NCBI GenBank assembly: GCA_963693555.1 | Contig: CAVOAA010000002.1 | Span: 1-46,006, forward strand | Reading direction: 5' to 3' | DNA: 46,006 nt | Origin: Dehalococcoidia bacterium | GTDB taxonomy: Bacteria; Chloroflexota; Dehalococcoidia; Lucifugimonadales; UBA3495 | Shown: positions 34,288-42,613 of the stretch, in pieces | Layout of the letters: each line of letters begins with the position of its first letter | Position numbering within the stretch: the stretch's first letter is position 1 | The notes under the pieces: model-generated | What the model saw: only the letters and a program-made list of their open reading frames with translations | Told to the model about the DNA's origin: nothing | Database searches by the model: none | Made by a program: the position numbers and the translations under genes

Positions 34288-35684
34288 GGCGAAGGCCAGA
34301 TCCGCAGTACCCCGTCCTCCCGGCCAACACCCAGGGCTATGCCGCCTCCAGTATTCACCGCCGCCAGGTTCGTCACCGCCTTGCCGCCGACGGGCGTTTG
34401 CCAGGCCAACACCACTCCGTCTCCGGTCCGGCGCAGCGCCTTGATCTCCATGAACGGTTGATCGAAGACCACCAACTCCGGCTGGCCGTCGCCGTCGAGG
34501 TCGGCCGCAAGACCCATGTCCAAGTTGCGTGAAAACAATAGATGAGAGGTGACGCCGTCGGTCTGGACGATCAGATCCAGGGAATCCCCTTCCAACCGGT
34601 AGAAACCGGCGATGCCGCCGATGTGCGGCGTCAGCACCTCGGCAAGTTCCATTTCACCATTAATGCCGAAGGGCGCCACCGCGATCTGGTGCCGCCAGCG
34701 GTTGCCCCGGCCCACCGCCGGACCCGCCGCCACCTGCCTGCCAGATCCGTCGTACACCACGAGCTGCGCCCCTTGGTCTGAATCGCTGAGCGTGACGATG
34801 ATCTCCCTTTGGCCGTCGCCGTTCAGGTCGGCCCAGATAGGCGAGATTCCCTCCACCACCCGCCGGCCCGGGATGGTAATAGTCCGGACTACCCGCAGCG
34901 AAGGCAGTGTTTCCAGCAGGGTGATCTCCGTCGCTTCCAACTCGTCTCCGGCAATGCCGTGAGGATAGCGAGTTGACGGCTTGGTCAGCAACAACACCCG
35001 CTCTTGTTCGTCCACCAGCAACCTGGCATCGGGCAGGGCGTCCACTGACAGCCGCCCCGCTTCAAAGCCGTCCTGCAAAACAACCAGATCGCCACCTACT
35101 TCTATAAACGCCATGCGGCCTGGAGCGCCCAATGGGACTGGGTGGGAAAATCTTGCCTCCATGTCGGACCGGCTGGCGAGCAGATCGATCTGGTCACCGA
35201 CAACGGCCAGCAGCGGAGGGGCGCCGGCAGGGAGAGACCGCAAAGAGAAAGCCGTCTCCACGGCCTGCCCGCCTTCAATCTGAAATGCCTGGGTTGTGCC
35301 GTCTTCTAACACGGCTACCCAGAGACTCCCAGCCCCATTGGGCGCTGCCACCAGCCACTGGGGAACTCCAGAAAGTTTGATGTCGAGTGGTTGGGTGCCG
35401 GGCATGTTCCCCTGCCCTTCCAGGTAGCGGTTGCCGTCCGGCCGTAGTTGGATATAGGCGTAATCAGTTGCCATTGTCAGCACCTTGGGTTGGGAAGATA
35501 GCGCCTGGGTCGCCCGATCAGCCTGGGTCGCTTGGTCAGAAGCTGTGGTGGGCTTAGGTGTACCGGTGGAAGAGGGCGACTCCCCGCAACTCATTAATGC
35601 CGGCAAAGCGACGATGAACAGGAGCAAGAAAAAGCCACGCCGTGCATTTCGAATATTAGCCCCGTTGATGAGACCGGATGACAC
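34284..35684 (-). CDS. FG-GAP/VCBS-like repeat lipoprotein, uncharacterised
   Basis: A signal peptide with a lipobox (FLLLFIVALPALMSC-GES) is followed by a Thr/Pro linker and Ca-binding-type repeats DLNGDGQREIIV and DLDGDGQPELVVF. The GTG start lies 2 nt after the stop of the upstream membrane-protein gene. Confidence 0.65.
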   Translation of the reverse strand: MSSGLINGANIRNARRGFFLLLFIVALPALMSCGESPSSTGTPKPTTASDQATQADRATQALSSQPKVLTMATDYAYIQLRPDGNRYLEGQGNMPGTQPLDIKLSGVPQWLVAAPNGAGSLWVAVLEDGTTQAFQIEGGQAVETAFSLRSLPAGAPPLLAVVGDQIDLLASRSDMEARFSHPVPLGAPGRMAFIEVGGDLVVLQDGFEAGRLSVDALPDARLLVDEQERVLLLTKPSTRYPHGIAGDELEATEITLLETLPSLRVVRTITIPGRRVVEGISPIWADLNGDGQREIIVTLSDSDQGAQLVVYDGSGRQVAAGPAVGRGNRWRHQIAVAPFGINGEMELAEVLTPHIGGIAGFYRLEGDSLDLIVQTDGVTSHLLFSRNLDMGLAADLDGDGQPELVVFDQPFMEIKALRRTGDGVVLAWQTPVGGKAVTNLAAVNTGGGIALGVGREDGVLRIWPSP

Positions 35685-35686
35685 GA

Positions 35687-36163
35687 TCAGTCGTCATCCC
35701 CCAAGTTGGTCTGCATCCGGTAGGAACTCAGGGCAACGATGCCGGTCACTGTACCGACTCCGGCCCCTAAAGCCGCGCCTTGGGCCGCGAACTCGGGAAT
35801 GATGGCGGTGATGATAGCCCCGGCAGCGCCCCCGCCGCCGATGGCGATCACCAACCCGGCCAATAGCTCAACGACCGGATTCAAGTTCAGCCACCGAGCC
35901 AGCGTCAACGCACCGATGGGCGCTCCTGCCCCGGCAACGCCTCCGATGAACGATGGAATGATGGCGACTACCGACGCGATCATAGGCGAGCCGGTGTCAA
36001 AACTGACGCCCGCAGAGTCCCCATAGATATCTATGGCGTCCGTCAGCGCGGCCCCGATCTGCACCGAGTGGGTTAACCCGTACAGAATGCCGATGCTCAG
36101 GCCGATCAATAAGGCGGATATGAAGCCGGTCCGGACGGCGTGATCAAGGTGTTGCGGATTCAA
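35687..36163 (-). CDS. Glycine/alanine-rich integral membrane protein, uncharacterised
   Basis: The 158-aa product has 4 hydrophobic segments with GxxxG-rich stretches (GGVAGAGAPIGAL, AIGGGGAAGAII). The TTG start has a GGGGA upstream. It appears translationally coupled to the FG-GAP gene. Confidence 0.5.
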   Translation of the reverse strand: MNPQHLDHAVRTGFISALLIGLSIGILYGLTHSVQIGAALTDAIDIYGDSAGVSFDTGSPMIASVVAIIPSFIGGVAGAGAPIGALTLARWLNLNPVVELLAGLVIAIGGGGAAGAIITAIIPEFAAQGAALGAGVGTVTGIVALSSYRMQTNLGDDD

Positions 36164-36362
36164 TGCTCGGTCCCCGGTGCTAGAGATTCCGACTAAAGTC
36201 GATGTGATTATAGCTGCTGACCATTCCGATTCAGCAACGCGCTTGCCACCGCAGTCGGTGAATGTGCTGTCGCTCTAGCACCCTAATCCAGGCCACCGAT
36301 GGCCCTGCAATGAACGCGAAACACGCATCAGCCGGTTGGTGAGTTGCCCTCTAGCCCGTTGC

Positions 36363-36368
36363 TATAAT
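36363..36368 (+). promoter_or_regulatory. Candidate extended -10 promoter element (TGcTATAAT)
   Basis: The sequence cccgtTGcTATAATcg lies 48 nt upstream of the ATG at 36416. I see no good -35. Confidence 0.35.
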
Positions 36369-36415
36369 CGAACAGCACGATAGCCGTGGAAGCACCCCGG
36401 TGGCCGAGAGGAGCA

Positions 36416-37768
36416 ATGTTGAAAACCCTGATCAAGCGCGGACGTATTGGAATCGGTCTTATTGTTCTCTTTGCCGCATTTGCCGCCATCGCCTGTGGCG
36501 GGTCTGATACTCCGATCACCCAGACCCCGGTGGTGATTGCCGCTCCGCCAACAGAGGTCCCGGACGCGACTGTACCGGCCAACACGCCTCAGCCGACTCC
36601 CAAACCAACCGCAACGCCGACTCCCAAACCGGTGCCCACCGATACACCCCAACCAACGCCATCTGACACCCCAGTGCCGACACCAACCGTCACGCGAACC
36701 CCGTCGCCAACATTTACCCCTGAGCCTACTCCTACCACTCCGCCTACGCCCGTACCCGTCCCAACCGATACACCTGAGCCCACTATCACGCCCACGCCAG
36801 CCCCGACAGCTACGCCCACCCCCATACCTGGCCCAACCCCGGCCCCTAATCAGATCGTATGGACCCACAAGCTCAGCGAAGCGGGAACATCCGTGACCGC
36901 GGTGGACATCAGTGATGACGGCTTCCGGATAGCAGCCGGGACATCGGGCGGCGATGTTCTGCTGTTTACCGAACTCGGCGCATTGCTCTGGACCTACGAT
37001 GGGGCCGCCGACGCTCCACAAAGCGTGGCCAATCGCAGTGTCGCCAGCCTGGCGTTGAACTTGACCGGAAATCGAATCCTGGCCGGGTTCACAGATGATG
37101 CCGGCGCCGAAAAGGAATCAAGCGCTATTTACCTGCTCGATAACAAGCCAATCAAGATGTGGTCCGTTGCCATCAATGGGGCCATCAACGAAATTGGATT
37201 GTCCGATGACGCGAGTCGTGTAGTGGCCAGTTCATCCGACCGGAACATCTACTCGCTTAACCAGGATGGCCTGACGCGCTGGAAGGTCGGGACTCCCGAA
37301 GGCACCGGTCAGCCAGCCAACGCGGCCGACATTTCCTCAGACGGCACACGCGCCGTTGGCGGCGACTCGTCGGGCAAGGCCTATCTTATGAACTTGGACG
37401 GCGTGAAGATCTGGACGCTGGACACGGACGGGGTGGTTAACGACGTCGCGGTCTCGAACTTAGGCACCCGGTCGGGTGTTGGCACTTCAAAGGGCACCGT
37501 GTACATCGTAGCCAACCAAGGAACGGTTGTCGGGCAATCTTCTTATCCTGGGACCTCCATAGTGGCGCTCGCCACCAATACGGGCGCAACCAAGTTCGTT
37601 GCCGGCACATCAGACGGCAGAATATTGGTTTTTGATGGACAGGGGACATTTTCCTGGCAAACATTCTTGGGCGGGTCCGTAACCGCCGTCGGCATAAACT
37701 CCAGCGGAAGCAAGATTGTCGCTCTGTCAGAAAACACTGTTTATCTTCTTACCGGTAACGGCCCTTAA
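36416..37768 (+). CDS. Surface lipoprotein with a long Pro/Thr linker and a WD40/PQQ-like beta-propeller
   Basis: The product begins [29 protein letters not shown], followed by about 90 aa of PT-rich linker ([23 protein letters not shown]...). It has at least 7 blade-like repeats ([97 protein letters not shown]). A GAGAGGAG ribosome-binding site precedes 36416. Confidence 0.65.
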   Translation: MLKTLIKRGRIGIGLIVLFAAFAAIACGGSDTPITQTPVVIAAPPTEVPDATVPANTPQPTPKPTATPTPKPVPTDTPQPTPSDTPVPTPTVTRTPSPTFTPEPTPTTPPTPVPVPTDTPEPTITPTPAPTATPTPIPGPTPAPNQIVWTHKLSEAGTSVTAVDISDDGFRIAAGTSGGDVLLFTELGALLWTYDGAADAPQSVANRSVASLALNLTGNRILAGFTDDAGAEKESSAIYLLDNKPIKMWSVAINGAINEIGLSDDASRVVASSSDRNIYSLNQDGLTRWKVGTPEGTGQPANAADISSDGTRAVGGDSSGKAYLMNLDGVKIWTLDTDGVVNDVAVSNLGTRSGVGTSKGTVYIVANQGTVVGQSSYPGTSIVALATNTGATKFVAGTSDGRILVFDGQGTFSWQTFLGGSVTAVGINSSGSKIVALSENTVYLLTGNGP

Positions 37769-38007
37769 ACAGCCTTTTTATCGGCCATACGCGTTATAAA
37801 ACTGATTTAAACCGTAAAATCTTCAGTCTTGGCTACCGATTGCCTCCATCCAGAGCCATTATCAGTCTGGAAAGATCTCAAAAGGTTGGCATCACGAATT
37901 GGGATAATTTATATTCTGTTTTGCCCTCGTTGTCCGAAAGGCGATAGCCTGTTGGTTGCCGCCCATAACGCCAGAGAGGGACAAAAAAAACTGGAGGAGG
38001 CAACCCG

Positions 38008-39174
38008 ATGATAAAGTTGCGGAAGTTCACATTTCCAATCTTGATCGGTATCTTCTTGCTGATCATGACGGCGTGTGGCGGGGACGACGACAGTGCCACC
38101 ACAAGTAGCTCAAGCTCCGGTAGCGAGAGCAGCGGCAGTAGCAGCAGCACTGGCAGTAGTGGTAGCAGCTCCGGTCTGGTTTCTGAAGGTCTTAGCTTTA
38201 GTTTCCAATACGCCTGTATCAACAGAACCCTAGACCCTTGCGAGTTGATGGCAGCTCCTGGCGGCCTCGTTGACATGATCAAGGAGCGCACCAACGGACA
38301 GGTAGAGATTGAGATTTCCTCTTTCCCTGAACTGGGCCTGGGTGGACCTGATACCCTCCGGTTGATTCAAGACGGCACCCTGGGAATGGCCGAGATTTAT
38401 AGCGGCTACGTCGGTGGTGACTATCCTCCCATCGATGCTGCCAACCTCTGGGGTCTCATCCCAGATAACGAAGTCAACCTAGAAGTCATTGACGCCGTGC
38501 ATGATGCAGTATCAGCCGACATGCTTGCTCGGTTCGGCGCTGTGGTGATCGGCGAAAGTTATTACCCGAATAACTACTACTTCTCAGGCAAGCCCTTGCG
38601 GACAGTAGCGGATTTCGAGGGATTGAAGACACGCAGCCACAGCACGGTGCTGGCTGACTTGCTCAACGGCATGGGCGCCGACGCCCAGTTCATGGCCTTC
38701 TCTGAGGTCTACACGGGCCTGGAGAGAGGAATCTTGGACGCGGCGGTCTCTTGCGGCGGCTGCGGCGCAGGACTGCGCTGGTATGAGGTCACTGATTACC
38801 TCGTGGGTCCAATCGTAGCCTTAGGTGTCACTTACATCTCGATGAACCAAGACCGGTGGAACGAGATTCCCGCCGACCTACAGACGATCATCACCGAGGA
38901 AGTTGCGGCCCACTCCAAGCGGAACCGGTCCCTGGTTGTCAATGAATGGACCGTATCTGGGGTTGATGACAACGTAGCCGGTGGCATGGAATACATCGAG
39001 TTCAGTCCTGAGATTAAAGTAGCACTCAGGAAGGCCTCGATCGAACAGGTAGTCCCCAACTGGGTAGAGCGCGTCGGCGGTGTCGATACTGACGCCGTGA
39101 AGATGTACAACGAATTTGTTGCCCCACTGCTTGGTGTTTCCATCGGCGCCGATGGTCAGGCGGTAGAGAACTAG
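38008..39174 (+). CDS. TRAP-transporter (DctP-like) solute-binding lipoprotein with a Ser-rich linker
   Basis: The lipobox LLIMTAC-GG is followed by a poly-Ser/Gly linker and then a DctP-like core (ERTNGQVEIEISSFPELGLGGPDTLRLIQDGTLGMAEIYSGY...). A GGAGGAGG ribosome-binding site is present. The family call comes from motif memory only. Confidence 0.6.
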   Translation: MIKLRKFTFPILIGIFLLIMTACGGDDDSATTSSSSSGSESSGSSSSTGSSGSSSGLVSEGLSFSFQYACINRTLDPCELMAAPGGLVDMIKERTNGQVEIEISSFPELGLGGPDTLRLIQDGTLGMAEIYSGYVGGDYPPIDAANLWGLIPDNEVNLEVIDAVHDAVSADMLARFGAVVIGESYYPNNYYFSGKPLRTVADFEGLKTRSHSTVLADLLNGMGADAQFMAFSEVYTGLERGILDAAVSCGGCGAGLRWYEVTDYLVGPIVALGVTYISMNQDRWNEIPADLQTIITEEVAAHSKRNRSLVVNEWTVSGVDDNVAGGMEYIEFSPEIKVALRKASIEQVVPNWVERVGGVDTDAVKMYNEFVAPLLGVSIGADGQAVEN

Positions 39175-39205
39175 CGGTAGAGAACTAAAAGACAGTCATA
39201 CAAAA

Positions 39206-39250
39206 AAGACGCGCCCCGTGAACCGGAGTCTGGTCCACGGGGCGCGTCTT
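39206..39250 (-). terminator. Rho-independent terminator oriented for the minus-strand zinc-ribbon/orphan operon
   Basis: The 15-bp stem aagacgcgccccgtg / cacggggcgcgtctt is preceded on the plus strand by an A6 run, which is a T-run following the hairpin on the minus strand. Confidence 0.6.
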
Positions 39251-39296
39251 GAAACCCGCAAATAACGCGGGATTCACGGGATTCAATATCAGAATC

Positions 39297-39350
39297 GGGC
39301 GCACGCTCCGGGTTATCGATTCAGACCCAGAGCGTGCGCCCATTTTTATT
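39297..39350 (+). terminator. Hairpin plus T-run oriented for the plus-strand TRAP SBP transcript
   Basis: The 12-bp stem gggcgcacgctc / gagcgtgcgccc has a 21-nt loop and is followed by atttttatt. Confidence 0.5.
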
Positions 39351-39446
39351 GCCCTTCGAGCGCCTATAGGCCCGCAGCCCGTTTTATCTAGGCCGGTCCT
39401 CCGCCTCAAAGCCAGACATTTGCCTCATATCTTAGGCCGCCATTAG

Positions 39447-40016
39447 CTAATTTCGGGCGGCTCCAGACTCCATGGACCTCATCCCTCGGGATATACATTT
39501 CAAGAGATCAAGGGCCTCACGGAGCTGGCTGACCTTTTTGATGACTCCGTTATCTTTGGAACCAAACGCCCGGTTGTCCAGACTGATCGAATCGGGTCCT
39601 GCCTCCAGGGTGAAAAAGTCGGAAGCGTCGGCGATAGACTCTTGTATCTCAGCGCTGGCCAGAAGACCGCTCAGCTTTTTGACGTTGTTGAATTCGACCT
39701 TGGCGCGTGACGCCAGGCCCGGAAACTCCGAGTTCAGGTAGGGATCACGGTCGAACTGCGGCACCTCACTGTCACCCCAGCCAAATATCTTAAACTGGAA
39801 CTCTTCGCTTGAATGCCCAAGAGTCATCACGGTCCGGCTATTGCGTCCGTCGGTCTTGTTGCTCACTTCGATCCGGTAACCCATGAACGGGATATGGACC
39901 TCATCACCCCCGGACTCGCCTTCCGTCACCAAAAATCCACCAACCTCGTTACTGAACCGGCACCAGTTCTCCTGGCATTTGCGGTCTGAATGAAATGCGT
40001 TTCCTATAAATCCCAT
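39447..40016 (-). CDS. Hypothetical protein (189 aa) with no family recognised
   Basis: The ORF has a strong ribosome-binding site (GGAGGGG, 5 nt before the ATG). Its GC is about 45-47% in two 60-nt lines I counted, against about 68% in a typical line elsewhere. An N-terminal CQENWC pair is present. Confidence 0.6.
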   Translation of the reverse strand: MGFIGNAFHSDRKCQENWCRFSNEVGGFLVTEGESGGDEVHIPFMGYRIEVSNKTDGRNSRTVMTLGHSSEEFQFKIFGWGDSEVPQFDRDPYLNSEFPGLASRAKVEFNNVKKLSGLLASAEIQESIADASDFFTLEAGPDSISLDNRAFGSKDNGVIKKVSQLREALDLLKCISRGMRSMESGAARN

Positions 40017-40088
40017 GGTTCCCCTCCAAGCTAGTGGTCTTGAGAGACCCTGCGGCTGTTCTCCGGTCTTGTTCTTGGCAGGCGTTGG

Positions 40089-40250
40089 TTACGACGCCCG
40101 TTGTTGAATCCCTTCGTTCTTCCACCACATCTCTTGGGCCACGCCGTTACGCAGCAGATATTTGCGGCCGCATTGGTAGCAGCTCCATCCGTCATATGCC
40201 AAAACCAATTGGCCGTTGCATTTCCCACAGCTGATCAGTTTCATACCCAT
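40089..40250 (-). CDS. Small zinc-ribbon protein (53 aa), absent from the supplied ORF track
   Basis: Hand translation gives MGMKLISCGKCNGQLVLAYDGWSCYQCGRKYLLRNGVAQEMWWKNEGIQQRAS, then TAA. A GGAAGGG lies 10 nt upstream of the ATG at 40250. The ORF ends 72 nt upstream of the 189-aa ORF on the same strand. Confidence 0.5.
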   Translation of the reverse strand: MGMKLISCGKCNGQLVLAYDGWSCYQCGRKYLLRNGVAQEMWWKNEGIQQRAS

Positions 40251-40408
40251 ATCGTTTGCACCCTTCCAGTGGTTGGCCCGATAGCCTTGCGCTCCACTGT
40301 CCCCTTATGGTTCAACCAGTACATAATCTATTAAACCGTCATGGGGCCTCGTTAAATATGACCCTGAGCACAGGTCGGATGTGAGTATCGTCACAATTAA
40401 AGATTCGA

Positions 40409-40488
40409 TAAAAAACCCAGTTAAAAAACCGGTAAAAAAAACCGGTAAAAAACCGAGAACCCCGCAGTAAAAAACCCAATAAAAAACC
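40409..40488. repeat. Array of six phased A-tracts (core TAAAAAACC)
   Basis: The cores start at 40409, 40422, 40433, 40446, 40468 and 40480, giving spacings of 13, 11, 13, 22 and 12 bp. CCGG(T) lies between several units. The array is strikingly AT-rich for this genome. Confidence 0.8.
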
Positions 40489-40529
40489 ACCCCGGATGAC
40501 TCGGCCACAAGCCGAACAGGAGGGGTGGT
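40481..40529 (-). terminator. Probable rho-independent terminator of the upstream ACAD-fold gene
   Basis: On the minus strand, the stem ACCACCCC...GGGGTGGT (8 bp, with an inner 5-bp hairpin tcggc/gccga) is followed by TTTTTT. That T-run is also the first unit of the A-tract array. Confidence 0.45.
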
Positions 40530-40565
40530 GGGATTCAAGGTTACCGTGCGCGGGACTAGGGCCGA

Positions 40566-41759
40566 TCAGCCCATCGGGTTGGCGTCGGGAAATCCCAGCA
40601 TGAATTGGCCGTGGTTCTCATACGCCCGGTCGCTGACCATGTTGTGTTGGGCCGCACCGTGGACGTCACGCAGGCATTTCTGCAGAATGTGGGAACTGAA
40701 CAGGGCCGACCCGCCGCCGAACCGGAACGCCTGAGAGACTATATCCGATGCCTCCTCGGTGGCGTAGGTGCTAGAAGCCCGCAGACGGACCTGGAGCTCT
40801 GGTGGTGGCGTTATCTCTTTGGTGACCAATTCCCAGGCTTCTTCCAGGGTATCTAAACAGATCAGCTTGGCCGCCCTGAGGCGCATGTCCGACTCGCCCA
40901 GGAACCGCTGGAACGACCCACGGTCAGCGATCAGCGCCTCGGTGCCCCGGTAGCCGCGCTTCTTGGTCTTGGCCAGTTCCGTGATTTCGTCCAGAGCCCG
41001 GCGTCCTATTCCCAGGACAACCCCGCAGTGTCCGGTGGTCTGCATGCCCGGCCTGCCCAGGTAGAAATTCGCCCCGCCGCGCAGAGGTCTGGCTTCGGTG
41101 CCAGGCCAGGTGAGATGCTGGGGCACAAATACATCTTCCACGGAAAAGTCGCAACTGCCAGTCCCGCGCAGCCCCATGACCTCCCAGTTGTCGTGAATCT
41201 TTGCTTCGGACGTGGGCACCACCACTCGTATCTGCTGCGGTCCGTCTGGACTGTTCACAACCATGGCCCCCATGGCGAGGTAGTGAGAATGACGTATGCC
41301 GCTGGCAAACGCCCACCTGCCGGTGACCCTGTAGCCGCCGTCAACGATGACCGCTTCTCCCGATGCCGCCGCCGCTCCCGCTGCCCGGGGGAATTTACCA
41401 TCGACGAATAACTCGCCAATGGCTTGCTCACTGAGAAAGGCGACCATGCCGGATAACGTCCCGGAGCCGATCATGATGCTCCATCCAACGGCCGGGTCGA
41501 TGCGGCTGGCGGCTTCGACCACCTCCAGCTGGATCATGGCGTCCGCCTCAGCGCCGCCCAATACCCGAGCCGACTTATAGGCGAATAGTCCGGCTTCGTG
41601 GAGCGCGTCCACAGTTTTTTGAGGGAGGGTCCCGGTTTCTTCAGCCTCGTCGGCGCCGGCCTCGATCACGCCGCGTAAGCCCTCCACCGCGTCCAACAAC
41701 GCTTGCCGCTTAGCCTCGCGTTCCTCCGGAAAAGTGGCGACCGATAAGGTGGTTACCAA
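40566..41759 (-). CDS. Acyl-CoA-dehydrogenase-fold flavin-dependent monooxygenase/dehydrogenase (ACAD type-2-like)
   Basis: The ACAD-like middle and C-terminal domains are present (GGYRVTGRWAFASGIRHSHY...; FRFGGGSALFSSHILQKCLRDVHGAAQH). The TTG at 41759 has an AAGGAGA 6 nt upstream. The ORF-track ATG at 41807 would add an Arg-rich 16-aa extension. Confidence 0.75.
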   Translation of the reverse strand: MVTTLSVATFPEEREAKRQALLDAVEGLRGVIEAGADEAEETGTLPQKTVDALHEAGLFAYKSARVLGGAEADAMIQLEVVEAASRIDPAVGWSIMIGSGTLSGMVAFLSEQAIGELFVDGKFPRAAGAAAASGEAVIVDGGYRVTGRWAFASGIRHSHYLAMGAMVVNSPDGPQQIRVVVPTSEAKIHDNWEVMGLRGTGSCDFSVEDVFVPQHLTWPGTEARPLRGGANFYLGRPGMQTTGHCGVVLGIGRRALDEITELAKTKKRGYRGTEALIADRGSFQRFLGESDMRLRAAKLICLDTLEEAWELVTKEITPPPELQVRLRASSTYATEEASDIVSQAFRFGGGSALFSSHILQKCLRDVHGAAQHNMVSDRAYENHGQFMLGFPDANPMG

Positions 41760-41973
41760 GTGGGGTCTCCTTTGGCGACGACTCGAGGTCGTTGCCAGTT
41801 GGTTCATCGTATAAAGTGGGGCGTCGATCAGTTAAGAGCGGTGCCGCCGCAATAGCCGAAGAATATCAGGTTTGCCGCACAGTTATCCAGCGACGACGTT
41901 GCCGGTAGAAAGGCCGACACACCAGGTGCGGAAGACAGAAGACTATTGCGCTACCGGGCTATTACTTTCAAGG

Positions 41974-42462
41974 CTAGTCAGGGGAACTGGTGATTATGTC
42001 CCCTTCCTTTATGATCCCGTCAGTCAATATCTCGCAGCTGATGCCGCCGTTGTCCCAGAGTTCTTTATATAAGCCCGGTTGGTCCAGAAGCTTCTCCAGA
42101 TAGAGACACGGCTGAGTGATCCGGTGGGCGCGCAATAGCACCGTGCCCACATAGAACTCGGTCCCGATCAGGTCGTTGATCTCCACGCCCTTGGTCAGCA
42201 CGTTCCGGCGGGACCCCTCAGGCTTAACGGTGATGTCGAACTTATCTTTGAGCAGCTCCAGCATCTCGCTTTTGATCAACGTGACCTGCCGGCCAGGCTG
42301 CGGCTTCTTGGAGTAAGTCCCGGTACCCAACATATACCGGTCGCCCTCCAACCCCTTTCCGGCCAAAGCGTTCACCTGCTCGACCTTCTTCATAGGATCA
42401 GACATCCGGTCCACAACAAAAAGCGCAACAACACTACCGATTCCGATCTGTGGGTCAGCCAT
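41974..42462 (-). CDS. MOSC domain-containing protein
   Basis: The 162-aa product reads GLEGDRY...RQVTLIKSEMLELL...RRNVLTKGVEINDLIGTEFYVGTVLLRAHRITQPC. A GGAGG lies 7 nt upstream. Confidence 0.8.
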   Translation of the reverse strand: MADPQIGIGSVVALFVVDRMSDPMKKVEQVNALAGKGLEGDRYMLGTGTYSKKPQPGRQVTLIKSEMLELLKDKFDITVKPEGSRRNVLTKGVEINDLIGTEFYVGTVLLRAHRITQPCLYLEKLLDQPGLYKELWDNGGISCEILTDGIIKEGDIITSSPD

Positions 42463-42540
42463 AAAAGCACCTCCGCAAGTACCAACGAACGTCCGCCAAG
42501 GGGATTGTCATCTATAGGAAGGGTTGGCGCAAGGGAGGAG

Positions 42541-42613
42541 TGGGCCGTGCGAGGCTCGAACTCGCGACACCCGGATTAAAAGTCCGGCGCTCTACCAACT
42601 GAGCTAACGGCCC
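42541..42613 (-). tRNA. tRNA-Lys (anticodon UUU)
   Basis: The 73-nt cloverleaf, folded by hand, has acceptor GGGCCGT/ACGGCCC, D arm GCTC-AGTTGGTA-GAGC, anticodon arm CCGGA-CTTTTAA-TCCGG, variable loop GTGTC, T arm GCGAG-TTCGAGC-CTCGC and discriminator A. CCA is not encoded. Confidence 0.92.

Noticed and set aside
37770-38007. A possible riboswitch or structured leader upstream of the TRAP SBP gene (ccctc...gaggg pairing around 37925-37985).
   Set aside because: I could not match it to any known riboswitch consensus, and the pairing is short. It is left unannotated.
40409-40488. The short-period repeat array as a possible CRISPR array.
   Set aside because: The period is 11-13 bp with no spacers. 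It is made of A-tracts and there are no cas genes, so it is not a CRISPR array.
40305-40538. A 77-aa minus-strand ORF (…GFLPVFFTGFLTGFF…) that could pass for a small membrane protein.
   Set aside because: Its hydrophobic Phe-rich sequence is simply the translation of the T-tract repeats and terminator. It has no ribosome-binding site.
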